Positions 1-12,600 of a DNA stretch of 64,000 bases are shown here, one piece after another; within the stretch, counting starts at the first letter, position 1, and each line of letters opens with the position of its first letter. Position numbers and translations under genes: made by a program. The notes under the pieces were generated by a model. The model did not search any database, had not been told where the DNA came from, and saw only the letters and a program-made list of their open reading frames with translations. This stretch comes from Eledone cirrhosa (lineage: Eukaryota), in the NCBI GenBank assembly GCA_964016885.1, contig OZ024741.1:350920001-350984000 (forward strand), given 5' to 3'.

Positions 1-24
1 TGTTTTATAACAAAAGTCATTTAC

Positions 25-135
25 TTTGAAGGACACACAGGAGATTCTTCGGTTGCTTCTTCTAACTGCTTCCCTTCTTTCTTCCGTACCATTTTGGATT
101 TCAAAGAATTATCAAGTTTCGAGTTTTCTTTACCA
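25..135 (-). CDS. USP37-like deubiquitinase, coding exon 4 (gene continues beyond left edge)
   Basis: tttgtag acceptor and gtaaat donor on minus strand; reads GKENSKLDNSLKSKMVRKKEGKQLEEATEESPVCPS; phase matches exon 701-797. Confidence 0.7.
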
Positions 136-700
136 CTACAAACAAACAAATAAAACAGTGAATATATATATATATATATATAACTCCATGACTGACATTA
201 ATTTCAAACTGTTAAACTTATCTTTAAAGATGGGGGTGAAGAGAGAAAAACGTTTCATACAGTGGAAGTTGCATTCTGATCATTTTAAGATGAAACTTTT
301 TCATTAACAATAACCAGCTGATAACATTCAGTAAATGAAGAGTTTAGAAGCCACTAATTTTGGCAACAATAACAAGGTGATGACATCAGTGATGATAAAC
401 ATAATATACTTTGTAATGTAGTAGTGCTGATGCTTTAACATGCACCCAGTACACACTATAAAGTGGCTAGCATTAGGAAGAACATCCTGTCATAGAAACC
501 ATACTAAAACAAAATATATGAGCAAGTTGCAGTGATCTGATTTGTCTAGTCACAGACCATGACAACTCGCCCAACTTGCACCAGCATGGAAAACATGTAA
601 AACAATGATAGTCTTATTTTCAGTCAAAAGAAGAAGAAAGGAAGATTAAGGGGAAGAAAAGAAAGATTAAGATACGAGCGCAATGGGGATAAAGGATCAC

Positions 701-797
701 CTGTAAGCTTGGCGAGTCATCCTTTCAGCTGAGAAGTTATTAAACGTCCTATCTGACAAAGGTGTAACAGCACTGACTTCCGCACGGTTGACCGACT
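701..797 (-). CDS. USP37-like coding exon 3
   Basis: tttcag acceptor, gtgatc donor; SVNRAEVSAVTPLSDRTFNNFSAERMTRQAY; phase 1 in, phase 2 out, consistent with both neighbouring exons. Confidence 0.7.
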
Positions 798-1143
798 CTG
801 AAATTTACAGTAAACACAATTAAGTGTCAGTTTATATAACACACTGTGAATTAATACTTACCTGGACTATATTTCTAATTAAAATCTGACACCTTATTTA
901 CGTAGAATTTGAAGTTGGTGAAAATTGTCAAAATATTGACCTCAAGTATAAGTTGACTCCACCCTTTCTATCATAGATTTTTTTTTATCACACATTTTTC
1001 AGCTTATATTTAAGTATTTATTGGTAACTGAAACATCTCATATTTTAACCTTCTAGTTATATACCTAATGAAAGATACTGCCTAGGATTTTCATATCCTT
1101 TTGAAAATAATCAAGAATTAGGAGATCCTATTTAAAGCATAGC

Positions 1144-1357
1144 TTAACCTTTTAGCATTTACATTAATGTATATTTACAATTGTATTTTCATGATAATGG
1201 CTTTATCTCACATAATATTGAATCTGAGATTTTGGTGATATTTATTTTGAGAATAATACCTTAACATTAGTATGAACAGCCAGTTACAACTGGTTTTAAC
1301 AGAAAGAGGTGAGAAAATTCTGGCCGGGTACAGCCAGTTTAAATGTTAAAGGGTTAA
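1144..1357. mobile_element. piggyBac-type MITE (TTAA-flanked); related copies at about 4361-4568, 5946-6160, 22514-22694, 40371-40574 and 46225-46400
   Basis: TTAA + CC(C/T)TTTAGCATTTA ... TAAATG(C/T)TAAAGGG + TTAA inverted termini; shared internal sequence among copies. Confidence 0.75.
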
Positions 1358-1699
1358 AGGTTCCACGATAATTTTTTGTAAGAGAAAACAATAAAACATC
1401 TGAGCATCGTAAACCTAAAGTCCATTTAGGATCAAAAGTGTTAATTTCCGTAATAATAAAAAATTCTGAGGTGATTTAGATGAAAACTAACTTTTTATTC
1501 ATTTAGTAATTTATTAGTATGGTGATTGTTATTGATTAGTACTCGATAGTATGGTATAACTTAGCCTGTGTTTGGAACACAAAGTTCTTACATAAAAATA
1601 TATCATGTAAATACAATTTAATAGAAAAAGTAAAAAAGAAAATTTAGATTGAGAAAAAATATATATATATATAAACGGAAAAGGAAGGGAATGGCAAGG

Positions 1700-1985
1700 G
1701 CTCTAGTGTCACAGAATGGAGATGTGGAGGGTGATTGGGCTAGGAGCCTAGGGCTGCACCCACTACGGAGAAGACTGCAAAAGCATTCCTGCAGACAATG
1801 GCCAGTGACACCCGCTGCAACAACCACTCCACCTTTCTGGGCTCCTTCTTCAGACGGGTCGCAACATTCCAATCTTGCGGAGGAACTTGACAGTAGTGAG
1901 GTCTCTACGGTGATGCGAAGCGGAAGCAGCCAGACAAATAATGAAACTTCTGTTTCAAGCATCTTTGTCTCAGAAATACCTTAAA
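1700..1985 (-). mobile_element. 3' fragment of a CRE-like (restriction-like endonuclease) non-LTR retrotransposon
   Basis: Minus frame EWLLQRVSLAIVCRNAFAV matches the C-terminal WLxQRLSxAIxRGNA motif of RLE elements; GC-richer than flanks. Confidence 0.55.
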
Positions 1986-2339
1986 ATTTGTTTCTATTCT
2001 TCTGTGTTTGGCTCAACAAAGAAACAACTAGAGGCATGAAATTGATGGACAAAGTTATGAAAGTAATACAATGTAGTACAGCTAATTAGCTAAAGAATTA
2101 ACTGGAACAAAATGTTTGTGCCAGAACAAGGGCTCTATTCCTGCTCCCTTTTTCTAATGAGACTACTACAGCAAGACAGTGTACAACAAGGAATTATGAG
2201 TACAGCCCAGATAACAATCTTCCAAACAGTTTACGTCTGCCTAGACTCATTGACCAGGCCAGGTCAAACTTCATAACCAATTGGCCATACTGCACCAAAT
2301 AATTCAAATTTCCCCCAAAAAGTAACCAAAAATACTTAC

Positions 2340-2496
2340 TTTTCCCAGCATTATTATCTTTGAAACATTCCTCAAAGAAATCAGATATTTTTGGTATTAA
2401 ATGATTATCTGGATTAAAATGCACTGAAAGACCATCAGCAAATTCCAGGACAAGCCGCTTCTTAAAAATCAATCGCTTTATATTTGATCGAATTAA
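2340..2496 (-). CDS. USP37-like coding exon 2 (N-terminal PH-like domain)
   Basis: ttctag acceptor, gtaagt donor; LIRSNIKRLIFKKRLVLEFADGLSVHFNPDNHLIPKISDFFEECFKDNNAGK, similar to USP37 LSHNIKNVVLR...RLMLTL. Confidence 0.75.
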
Positions 2497-2724
2497 CTAG
2501 AAATATAAAGAAAAGAAAACGAGGAATCAGTTTTTTTTTTTAAATAGAAGTTTATTAGGATACAAATTAAGGGGTGTTTAGTAGCAGCAAGTATTTTAAG
2601 CCAATTTTCCCTTATATTCAAAAGGTTGCCTTGTGATAGACTTCATACTCATCATGGGGTCCTTTTGAGACAGGATTGCTCTTCCTTTTAGTTACCTAAT
2701 GACATACAGAAATATGGTGTACCC

Positions 2725-2877
2725 CAGGCATGTCAAACATGCGGCCCTTTACAAGCACACACCAAGGTTTTTACAGCGTGAGCATATATCTTCGTAATAT
2801 AAAATTTAAAAAATTTGTTTTAATGTGCGCAATTAGTTGTGTGTGGCCCTCGAGGGACCCTCAGTTTGACATGCCTG
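2725..2877. mobile_element. hAT (Charlie-like) MITE
   Basis: TIRs CAGGCATGTCAAAC / GTTTGACATGCCTG; 8-bp TSD gtgtaccc / gtataccc. Confidence 0.8.
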
Positions 2878-3405
2878 GTATACCCATTTGAAGCTGGATA
2901 TACATAGATACTTAAAGATAGTGATTTCCTTATGCACTGGGTAAAAGTTTAGAAAGAGATGAATACTCAATTGAAACTATAACAATACACTACTACTGCT
3001 CACTTTATTAATTGTGGAGATATAGAAATTGGTGGGACATAAACATGTTAACCATTTGTCATGACATGAGTCACCTCCACTGCTCCAAGCAAATAGAATA
3101 TTGAAACAAAACATATGTGAAGGTTTTTTACATATAGTATAAACTTGCCCATTAGGAACAACCATCTCCAACCATCTTGTTCATGGTCTATCTCTGGATC
3201 TCCTGCCCATTGGCTTTGCCCATAAAATCTGTCCAGTAATTCTTTCCTTAGATGTACTAATCATGGGGTCCTATTTAAGGCAATGCTTTATAGTTGAATG
3301 CCCTTTCTGGCAACAACTCTTTTAGTTACTTCTAATGACTTGCAGAGATATGGTGTACCTATATGTACCTCTTCAGGTGACGTGAGTAATAAATAATTCA
3401 TGTAC

Positions 3406-3576
3406 CTTAAATGTTACAGCAGGGTAAAGTTTATTGGTACTCAGCATCACGTTACAGCACCAGACATTGTTGATATTCTTTAAATCAAGGGAACCACTCT
3501 TCCAGCTGACGTTGCCTGTCTTCAGAGTATAATACTTAACGGAACCAGACCATTCCAATGTTTCCGGAAGCTTCAT
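3406..3576 (-). CDS. USP37: USP37/USP26/29-like ubiquitin carboxyl-terminal hydrolase, first coding exon
   Basis: MKLPETLEWSGSVKYYTLKTGNVSWKSGSLDLK... resembles the recalled USP37 N-terminus (GPIRIRSMQTGITKWKEGSFEI); acceptor at 3606-3608, donor aag|gtacat; 57 codons; catalytic domain not in window. Confidence 0.65.
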
Positions 3577-4894
3577 GTTGACTGCTAGGTGAATGAGCTA
3601 TAATTCTGAAACAAAAAAAATATAACACATAACGTCATTTAAGAGTTCTTGAACAAGACACTTTTTTTCAAACTGCACCAGTTCACTTAGTGGGGGAAGA
3701 ATGAGTTGTGGCATCAGTGATGTCACTGATGCCAGGATACATCAGCCTTTGCCTTTCCATTGGACAATATTAGTGTCATAAAGAGGGAAGACAAGCATGC
3801 ACAAGCGACTGTTGGTCTTAATGCACTTTTCCATGTGCAAACCCATGGCCAGTTTAGACTAAAGGGGGTTCATATTTGTGTGTGTACAAAAATATATTTA
3901 TACTTAATATAAAAGAAGTCCAATGTAGAAATGCAGATTTCATAAGTAAATATATAAACATTTTTTAATACTATAACACCACACTAGTGTGATGGTATAA
4001 AATTACAGTTAACTGTGCTTAATCTTTCAAATCATTTAAAGTGTTCATATATCTGTGTATATTAGTGTGTATATGCATTTATATCTATGTCAACCAATTC
4101 CTCTTGAGTGAATTCGGTCGATGGAAACTGAGGAAGATCATATGTATATATCTGCATATAAAACCATTGGTATCTGAAATAAAGTATAAGTTGGCATCTA
4201 GGTGTAAAAAAAACTGCCTTCAAATGTCTCATCCAATCCTTGCTAGAATGGAAATGGTGGATGTAAAAATGATAAACGCGGATACATTTATTAAACTGAT
4301 ATTTGGAATAAACCTTCCATCATAATTTTATGTAAGACCCTTTATGTTCCAATCACCAGCTTAACTCTTTAGCATTTAAACCGGCCATAATTTTCTCACC
4401 TCTTTCGGTTCAAACAAGCTGTAACCAGCCGCTCATACTGATGTTAAGGTATTGTTCTCAAAATAAATAATATCAAAATCTCATAGATTCGATATCATGT
4501 GAGATAAAGCTTTTACCAGGAAAATACAATAGTATTATATATAGAGTAATGTAAATGCTAAAGGGTTAAATGAGCAAGCTAGTTATATTACTAAATCTTT
4601 GAATCACTATGAAAATGTAGGACATCAACAGCACCATATTTTTTTTAAACGATCGACAAGATCTCTGACCTCATTCATTTACCAAGTGGAGTGGAACTTG
4701 TCAAATTAGACCAAGGAAACAATGTTTCCATTATCAGTATAAACATAAATATAGGCATATATATCAGGATTCTGCAATTTCTGTCTATCAAATTTCCCCA
4801 ACAAGGTTAAATAAATTAGGAGAAACTTGCCCAAGATGCAATGAAGTGGGATTAAACTCGAAACCAAATATTTGCAAAATAAACTCCTTAACTA

Positions 4895-5210
4895 GCTCAG
4901 AGATCAGAGAGTCACTCCAGATAGAGCCGCTACTTCTTCAAATGAAGAAATCACAGCTCCGATACTATAGGCATGTGGTTAGAATGTCTCAAGAAAGAAT
5001 TGCTGGACAGATTTTACTGGCGAAACCAACAAGTAGGAGACCCAGGGGTCAGTCCCGAGCAAGATGGTTGGATAACATCCATGAGTTTGGCCAGCCACGC
5101 TTGGGGATCCAGTCGGATCAGTTAGAGATGGTTGCTTCTAACAAGACCCGCTGGAGGGAGTGTTTGAGGACTCTGCCCCCACAACCCTCTTAGGAATAAG
5201 TGGACAAAGA
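4895..5210 (+). mobile_element. RTE-clade LINE 3' fragment
   Basis: EIRESLQIEPLLL..QLRYYRHVVRM..RRPRGQSRARWLD is the typical RTE ORF C-terminus. Confidence 0.7.
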
Positions 5211-5658
5211 AAAACTCCTTTACACAGCTATGCCTTTTCAATTTCTTAAAAATACATTCAATGTATATTTTTAGCAACATTCCTTTCCCTAAGTAACCAT
5301 TGTATTATAAGAGGATGCACTGATTTCAAGTTTTGCAAGTGGTGCAAGTATGAGTCATGCTGACTTAATGTACAAACAGATTTCAATATAATTTTTGATA
5401 AAAATTTTGTCAAAAATGTTTTATTGTTTAGCCATAGTCAACCCTGATAGAGGGATATTCCAGCTCTGACTGTCTTTTTAAAGGTATTATCTATCTAATG
5501 TGTCTTTATTTCAACTTTTGATACAAGCCTGGTCAAAACTGGCTCTACTTCTATGGAACACCATCCTCTTTAAATGGTTCCCATTCAAATAAAAATCTTC
5601 CAACAATTTTATACAAGAACCATATGTTAAGTTGCTATTTTAGTAATGGAATAAATAA

Positions 5659-5840
5659 TAATTGTTTCTACTTTTGGCACAAGGCCAGCAATTACCCAGT
5701 GCATTGTTGTTACTTTATTTTATCGACCCCGTAAGGATAAAAGGCAAAGTTAACCTCGGCGGGATTTGAACTCAGAATGGCAAGGGACGTAACTATGCGT
5801 CAAAGCATGGCGTCCGACCCTCTACTGATACTGCCATTCC
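5659..5840 (-). mobile_element. tRNA-derived SINE with Nin/Deu-like core; further copies at about 10392-10495, 12268-12446, 15798-15903, 21970-22180, 33513-33730, 37975-38090 and 38551-38742
   Basis: B-box-like GAGTTCAAATCCC followed by GCCTTTCATCCTTACGGGGTCGATAAAATAAAGTACCAG core; (AAT)n tails; many near-identical copies in window. Confidence 0.75.
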
Positions 5841-6734
5841 AATGGAATAAATAATAATATTAGTAACTCTCTCAAAATTATTCATTCATTATGGTCATGA
5901 AAGGGTTAAAATCTGGTTTCAAGATATTTGGCTGCTTCAATTGGTTTAACCCTTTAGCATTTACATTACTCTATATTCACTATTGTATTTTCACGGTAAA
6001 CACTTTATTTCACATATCGAATCTATGAGATTTTGATTTTTTTTTTTAGAACAATAACTTAACATAAGTATGAGCAGCCAGTTTGAACAGAAAGAAGTGA
6101 GAGAAGTGAGAGAAGTGAGAGAATTCTGGCCGGATATGGCAGGTTTAAATGCTAAAGGATTATTAAGGAGACATTAAAGTACAGTAACATTAAATTTCCT
6201 TCCAGCAGTGCAAAAATCCCACAGCCCAGTAAATCCTTCAAATCTTTTCACTAATTAATTGAAATTGTGTATTCCATTAGACAGTCACAATGAGATGGTT
6301 GCCACTGCTTTGTTGGTATTATGTTCCAAGTTCTATAGCAGACAGTTTTAAACATAAATTAGATTCTAAAAGGCACATAAAAATATTAAACTATTCTTGT
6401 AAATTTAGAAATAATTAAAATATTTTAAGTTTATTTTTATCAGCTTTGTTAAGAGAAATTATAAATTTTACCCTGCAGCCTTTTGAAAAATGTTACTTAG
6501 TTCACCAAGCTTGTGTATGACCAAGAATTCCCAGGGGTCCACAGGTTTGGGAGTGTGTATATGTATGAAAGAGGCATGATCTTTTATCCATTTCTACAGC
6601 CCTTTACATTTTGAGTTTCAAATCCTATCGAGGTCAATTTTAACTTCCATCCTTCTACAGGTCGATTGAATCAACTTCCTCATCTCCAAATTGCTGGCTC
6701 TGTGCCTAAATTCAAAATGTTCTTTTATCTATAA

Positions 6735-6905
6735 AGAGGGGCAGCTGAAAAGTTCATAGGCTGACTATGAAGGAGTGATGTTAGAGCCGTGAAATCGTGC
6801 ATGTATTAATTTCAACCCTTATTAACTGCATTGTTTCTTGCCAGAGACTATGTTGAAAAATAAACCTCATTTGGTCAACCTATGAACTTTTCAACAGGCC
6901 CTCAT
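6735..6905. mobile_element. mariner-type MITE
   Basis: Inverted termini GAGGGGCAGCTGAAAAGTTCATAGG / CCTATGAACTTTTCAACAGGCCCTC. Confidence 0.6.
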
Positions 6906-7389
6906 AACACCACAGACACTGGAATTAGGCATCAATTCTTACAATTTGCTGATGGATAAGTGGTTTATTAAGCTGTATTTTTCTTTTCCTGTTTTAGTGA
7001 GATAAGTTGCAAAGTACTTCACATGACACTATTATATTTAACATCTTAGGCTATTGAGTCAAGTGTTTTTTTCTGTCAGCCTGTCGCCTCTTTTACCACT
7101 CAAATATTACAAGTTGTAAATGAAAGAGGAAAACGATATGCAATACATGGTAGTGAGTATATTCTTTATGTATATTGAATTATTTTTTCTAATGGGTCAA
7201 TTTCCACACCAATGCGTGTATGCGTGGCTGTAATCTTTATAATGGTCCCTTGTCCATGGGTAACTAATAGGCTGTAGGTTTTGCTCCATTTCCCTTCAAT
7301 GTAGATGCCCTAATAAACTGTTCTCTGACAAGGCTATGTTGGAGAAACACTCCCAAAAAACCTACAAGGTTTTGCCACACATGAAGTGT

Positions 7390-9060
7390 TTTGTAGTCAG
7401 TGTTGAGACATGTGGCTGGAATAAAGCACCAGTCAGACAGAGAGTGACCTGGTAATGGAACAACACAGTAGATAGAATCATTAAGGGCAAGAGACAAGTG
7501 TGGAAAAACTGGAAAAATGGTGGTAGCAGATACCAGTACCAGGAGAAAAGTTAAACGACAAGTATACATAGCTCTGAAAGAGGTTTACCAAAGTCTTGTG
7601 ACATGTGTATCAGAAAGGTGTTCTACATTGTAAGGCAATGTCAAAATGAATTGGGATGTTGTTGGAGAAAAGTGTGTTCAAAATGACTGGTGCACTAGCA
7701 TCACTGCTGCTCAAAAGAAAGAAGCCTAGAAATGTTACTATGAGAAACTACTCCCTACCGTCCAACAGAGTGACCAGCTATCAAAATCAACAGTTATAAA
7801 GTAAAGAGATGAAAAATGGTAAAACCACAGGACCATCAGAGATAGTTGCCGAAATGCTAAAAGCACCAGGAAATGTAGGAACTGAATTAGTTACTCGCAT
7901 AGTCAATCAGGTAATGCAGGATAGTGTCATAACCAATGACTGGCACAACAGTACTCATTAATGCCCTAAAAAGAAAGTGATGGAATGAGGAATGAGATCT
8001 AGCACAGCTAATTAGGGAAAGAGTAAAGTTAGATGAGATGCAGTTTGGTTTCATGCCTGGGAGAAGTACTACAGATGCTCGCTTCCTAATGAGACAACTA
8101 CAAGAAGTTCCAGGCTAAGAAAAAGCTGCTTTATATAGTTTTGTTGATCTAGAAAAAGCCTTTGACAAAGTACCTTGATCTGTCATTTGGTGGTCCCTAA
8201 GGAGACTAGAGATAGAAGAGTGGCTTGTGAGAGCAGCGCAAGTCATATACAGAGGAGCTGTTATTAAAGTATGAGTAGAAAAGGAGTATAATGAGGAATT
8301 CAAGGAGTTCACCAGGGCTTGGTCCTCAGCCCACTTCAGCTCCAGGCCATAACAGAAGAGTTTAAGACTAGTTGTCCAAGGGAATTTCTGTGCTAATGAT
8401 CTGGTAGTCAGCTGAAACTATGGAAGAGCTAGAGATTACGTTCCGACTGCAGAAACAAAATTTGGAATCAAAAGGGCTGAGAGTAAACTGAGCCAAAACT
8501 AAAGTGCTAGTAGTAAGTAAGAAAGATAGGACCCTAATTTCTTCAGGAGATATGTAGAAAAGGAGTAGGCATAAACTCTATATAATGTACACAATATAAA
8601 TCTTGGATACACAAGAGATGTAGTGGGATACGAGGTAGACTAACAGGAAGGATGTAGATGTTCAGGGTTAATTGATAGTAACAGCAGCAATGATATAAAT
8701 CTTTTCCAGGAAGGATCCATAGAAGTGGTCAATAGTTTCTGCTATCTAGGTGATTTAATTAGCAGTAAAGCATACTTCGATGGATGCGCAACAGTTTAGT
8801 TGAACTGAGACAAAAACTGGGTATTAAAGCAATCAGAAATAGCATACAAGAGAGAAGACCGTGTTGGTATGAATATGTGATGCACATGGATGGTGATCGC
8901 TGGGTGAAAGAGTGCCAGGACATCCCAGTGGAAAGAGGAAGTCTAAGATCTGGCAGAGGTAGTGAGAACTGATCTCAAATTGCTGACACTCACAGTGGAG
9001 ATGAAGGATTGCAAGTGTGGAGCAATGCTGTGCTGAAAGGGACCTGTCTAACCAATCCAA
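7390..9060 (+). mobile_element. Highly decayed RTE LINE (same group as 19158-21516)
   Basis: Fragments DEMQFGFMPGRSTTDA, FVDLEKAFDKVP, WIHKRCSG, IQERR..WY; many stops and frameshifts. Confidence 0.8.
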
Positions 9061-9265
9061 CAATGAAAATGATATATATATGTGTATGCTTGATGAGCTA
9101 TTGATTCCAGTGTCAAGCCCGATCACAACCGATCGTACCTTGAGCTGATTGATTGCGAAACACGCACCACACGTGAATAAATATATGTTATATAGATACT
9201 TCGTTCCTGCTCCTCATTATTAATAGTGCTTTTTAACAATATCATCAGTAACTAAACATAACAAA

Positions 9266-9307
<42 letters not shown>

Positions 9308-9497
9308 GATAAATCTACCAAGAGTTTACGGTAGTGTCCAATCCGTATGAAGAACTCAATGTATTCCGGATATCATGGAAAGAAGAGATGTAATGAAAAT
9401 CCACTTTCGGTGAAAGATAAACGGTATACAGAGTCAAGATAAAATATTAAACAAATAATGAACAAACAATTCCTTATATTAAACAAAAAAAGTTCAC

Positions 9498-9642
9498 TAT
9501 TTAACGATCGTTTCTAGGGTATATATGTGTTATAATTGGTATGCATATTTAACAGATCTATGTACAAAATTATACAAAATTATACAAATTATCAAGATTA
9601 AATATACATACCTAACTCATATATACGCCGTCTTCAGATATA
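9498..9642 (-). ncRNA. Type I hammerhead ribozyme motif in a Penelope-like pLTR relic (about 9305-9640, between TA microsatellites)
   Basis: Minus strand CTGAAGA, long stem II (gtatatatg/catatatac), GAAA-CGATCG-TT with palindromic stem III; stem I imperfect. Confidence 0.55.
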
Positions 9643-12600
9643 TATATATATGTGTGTGTGTGTGTGCGTAATATATAATTATATATCCTTGAAAGGATTG
9701 ACTATACCTTCTGTGAAACAAAACAATGCTTAATTGATAGCTTTTTCTAGTTGTCTTATAATGGTGATGGTATCTACATATGAAGACACCTGAAAATACC
9801 ATGACAAAGTGTTTTATATAATTACATGATTTGCGCTAGGTAAAAGATCATGCATAACCAATCAATGGAATTGTAAATAATTTAAATAACCTATAAATCC
9901 TAAGGGGCTTGTTATTGCTTAACTCCATGTCAATCCTGGTTGATATTTCAATGACTAGTCCATTTTTTATTTAGAGAATCTAGAATTACAGTATATACTT
10001 GAATGTGAACCCCACCCCAAAAATGGTAGATGGGGAGGGGGTCACTTTATATTTGGGGTCAATTCTACATAAGATGTTTGGTTTTTTTGCTCATTTCTAT
10101 ATGGTACATCACCCTATACACTCTTGTACAGAAGAATTGGGCATGATTTCAAGAAGTTTCGGTTATTTCCAGCAGATCAGTACAAAATAGCTTTTATGCA
10201 GGAAAGTAATAAACCTTCATTTCGATAGGACATTAAGCCATTTATATTTATCTAAAAACCTTCCATCATAATGCTATGTTTAAGAACCTTAAAGTTATGA
10301 TCCAAATTTTTGATTATTTCCATAATTTGAAAAACCCAGGCACTAGAGGTTTTCATTAGAAATTGATCATGTTCAAAGGACATGAAAAGAAGTTTGAATC
10401 CCGCCGAGGTTAACTTTGCCTTTCATCCTTACGGGGGTCGATAACATAAAGTACCAGTAATGTACTGGCCTTGTGCCAATAGTAGAAACAATTATCAAAC
10501 TTATTGACAACACATTAGACTTGCAAACTGGTGTAAGAGTACAACTAGATAGAGATTAGATTAATTTTAACATTTTTTTTATTACAAAAGGCTTACTAAA
10601 GAAAAAGCAATTACAAGTCCTTGACTAATATTTTGGTTCTTTCAGCAAGTACATGAGACAACACTGGGCATATTTTGATATTACCGGACCTCTTCAGCAA
10701 AGCAAAACCATAGCTGTACTTTTACAAGTGTACTGGGTGCGATATATATGTTTGTGTACATACATACATATCATCATGATTAAATAGCACATCATCTAGT
10801 AATGTAACCTGCAACAGATTTGTGCTCCAACCATGCTGAGATCTATTCTAACATCATTAACCTAGAGCTATATATGGGCCTCAAAATTCATTTAAAGCAC
10901 AGAGGTTTATACTAACTACATTGATGACACTACTCACGAAAGATGGAAAAATGTTTCTTGTGTTAGCACAGAATCACAAATCTGCAGGGGGTTAGGGTAC
11001 AGACAATTGAATTGATATTAGTATATGCTTGCTACTCCTTTTACAAACTGTGAGAGAAGGGTGAAGGTCAAAATAAACTACTAGTGTGATTTAAACTAAG
11101 AATGAACTGACAAAACTATATACTATACTGTTTTGTAATTTGTCACATTGTTGCAAGGACATTTATAGGATAGGAAGCAAATCCTACAAATTAAGTTGAC
11201 CTTGAGGCAGGCCTCGTATGTATTTATTTAATCAATTCAGGATGGGTGGGTAAGATGAAAGTCGACTCCTTGAAGAGCTTTATTTTAGAGTATAGAGGGA
11301 CATAACTGAATCTCTATACAACAATACAAATTCATAAACTCAACTAAAGTTTGCAAACAGCCCTTTCCTTCGTATCACCTACTACTAATATACACGATGT
11401 TACTCCAGCTTTGTGGATGGATCCTTGATTGATCAAATCGCAGACCAACAGAAGGTACTTTTTCACATATTAGATAAGGCCAGAAAGACCAAGTAATTAA
11501 CCATTTAAAAGTATATTTCAAGATTCTATTTTTCATTCTAAAATATTCGTATCAAAATATTTTTTTTATCGACAACAGATTGTTACAGACAATCCTTGAG
11601 TTAGCCCTTTGGTTCAAACATTAATAAAAATAACGAAAGTGTTAATTTACTGAGTGAGAGTTTCTTTCTATATTACCACTTTCACAATATTATGAAATAC
11701 ATTTTTTAGGCCGCTAATATATACACACACATTCAGGAGAGAAAAACACGAATATCACAATTTTACTTCCGCTTTCTAAGACACAATTAGAACATGTTTT
11801 TATTTTAACCGAAATCAAATACAAATATAACTTCAGTATTTCCGTGACTAGTCCGCAATATATTGTGAAAACATGTGTAATCAAAATAGATATACTGTAG
11901 CTTAATCATTTAAAAATTAAAGGTGATACTAGCGGTGCCGGTAAATTTCAAGTTAACACATGAATGGTTACTTGCTAAATAAAACATCGCCATATGATGG
12001 TAAAACAGATACGTAGTTGGCAGCTAATCGAGCTCGGTAGTTTGTATCCAGCCACTAATTGCTTATTTATCTATGGCCAAAACTTTTAAACATAAAATGA
12101 CCCAATCCAGCTAGTTGTAAACAGATTTCGGTAAGATAGGAATAAATCATTCCTGTAAAACTAATCAGTGTTTCAATAGATAACAGTATCCCGTTCAAGT
12201 GTGAATATATATTAGGGAGCGAGAAACTGATTCCATTAACATGAACTTCAGTGACGCCTAACAGGTTAATAATTGTTTCTACTTTTGGCACAAGGCCAGC
12301 AATTACCCAGTACATTACTGGTATTTTATTTTATCGACCCCGTATGGATGAAAGGCAAAGTTAGCCTCGGCGGGATTTGAACTCAGATCGTAAAGGGACG
12401 TAACTCTATGCTAGAAAGCATGTCCGACCCTCTACCGATACTGCCAAAATGATCCACGTGTATGTGTGTACACACAAAATACACAGGCCATCAGTTTAAC
12501 AAACAAAATACCCTTCAACTACACTATCAAAGGAAAAGTAAAAATTATATATTCCTTGTTATAATTGAAAATGGGCCACCAAATCATATAGTCTATGGAG

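Noticed and set aside
1618-1984. Overlapping 111-114 aa ORFs as possible exons
   Set aside because: Flanking USP37-like exons join in phase without them; sequence is better explained as an RLE retrotransposon relic
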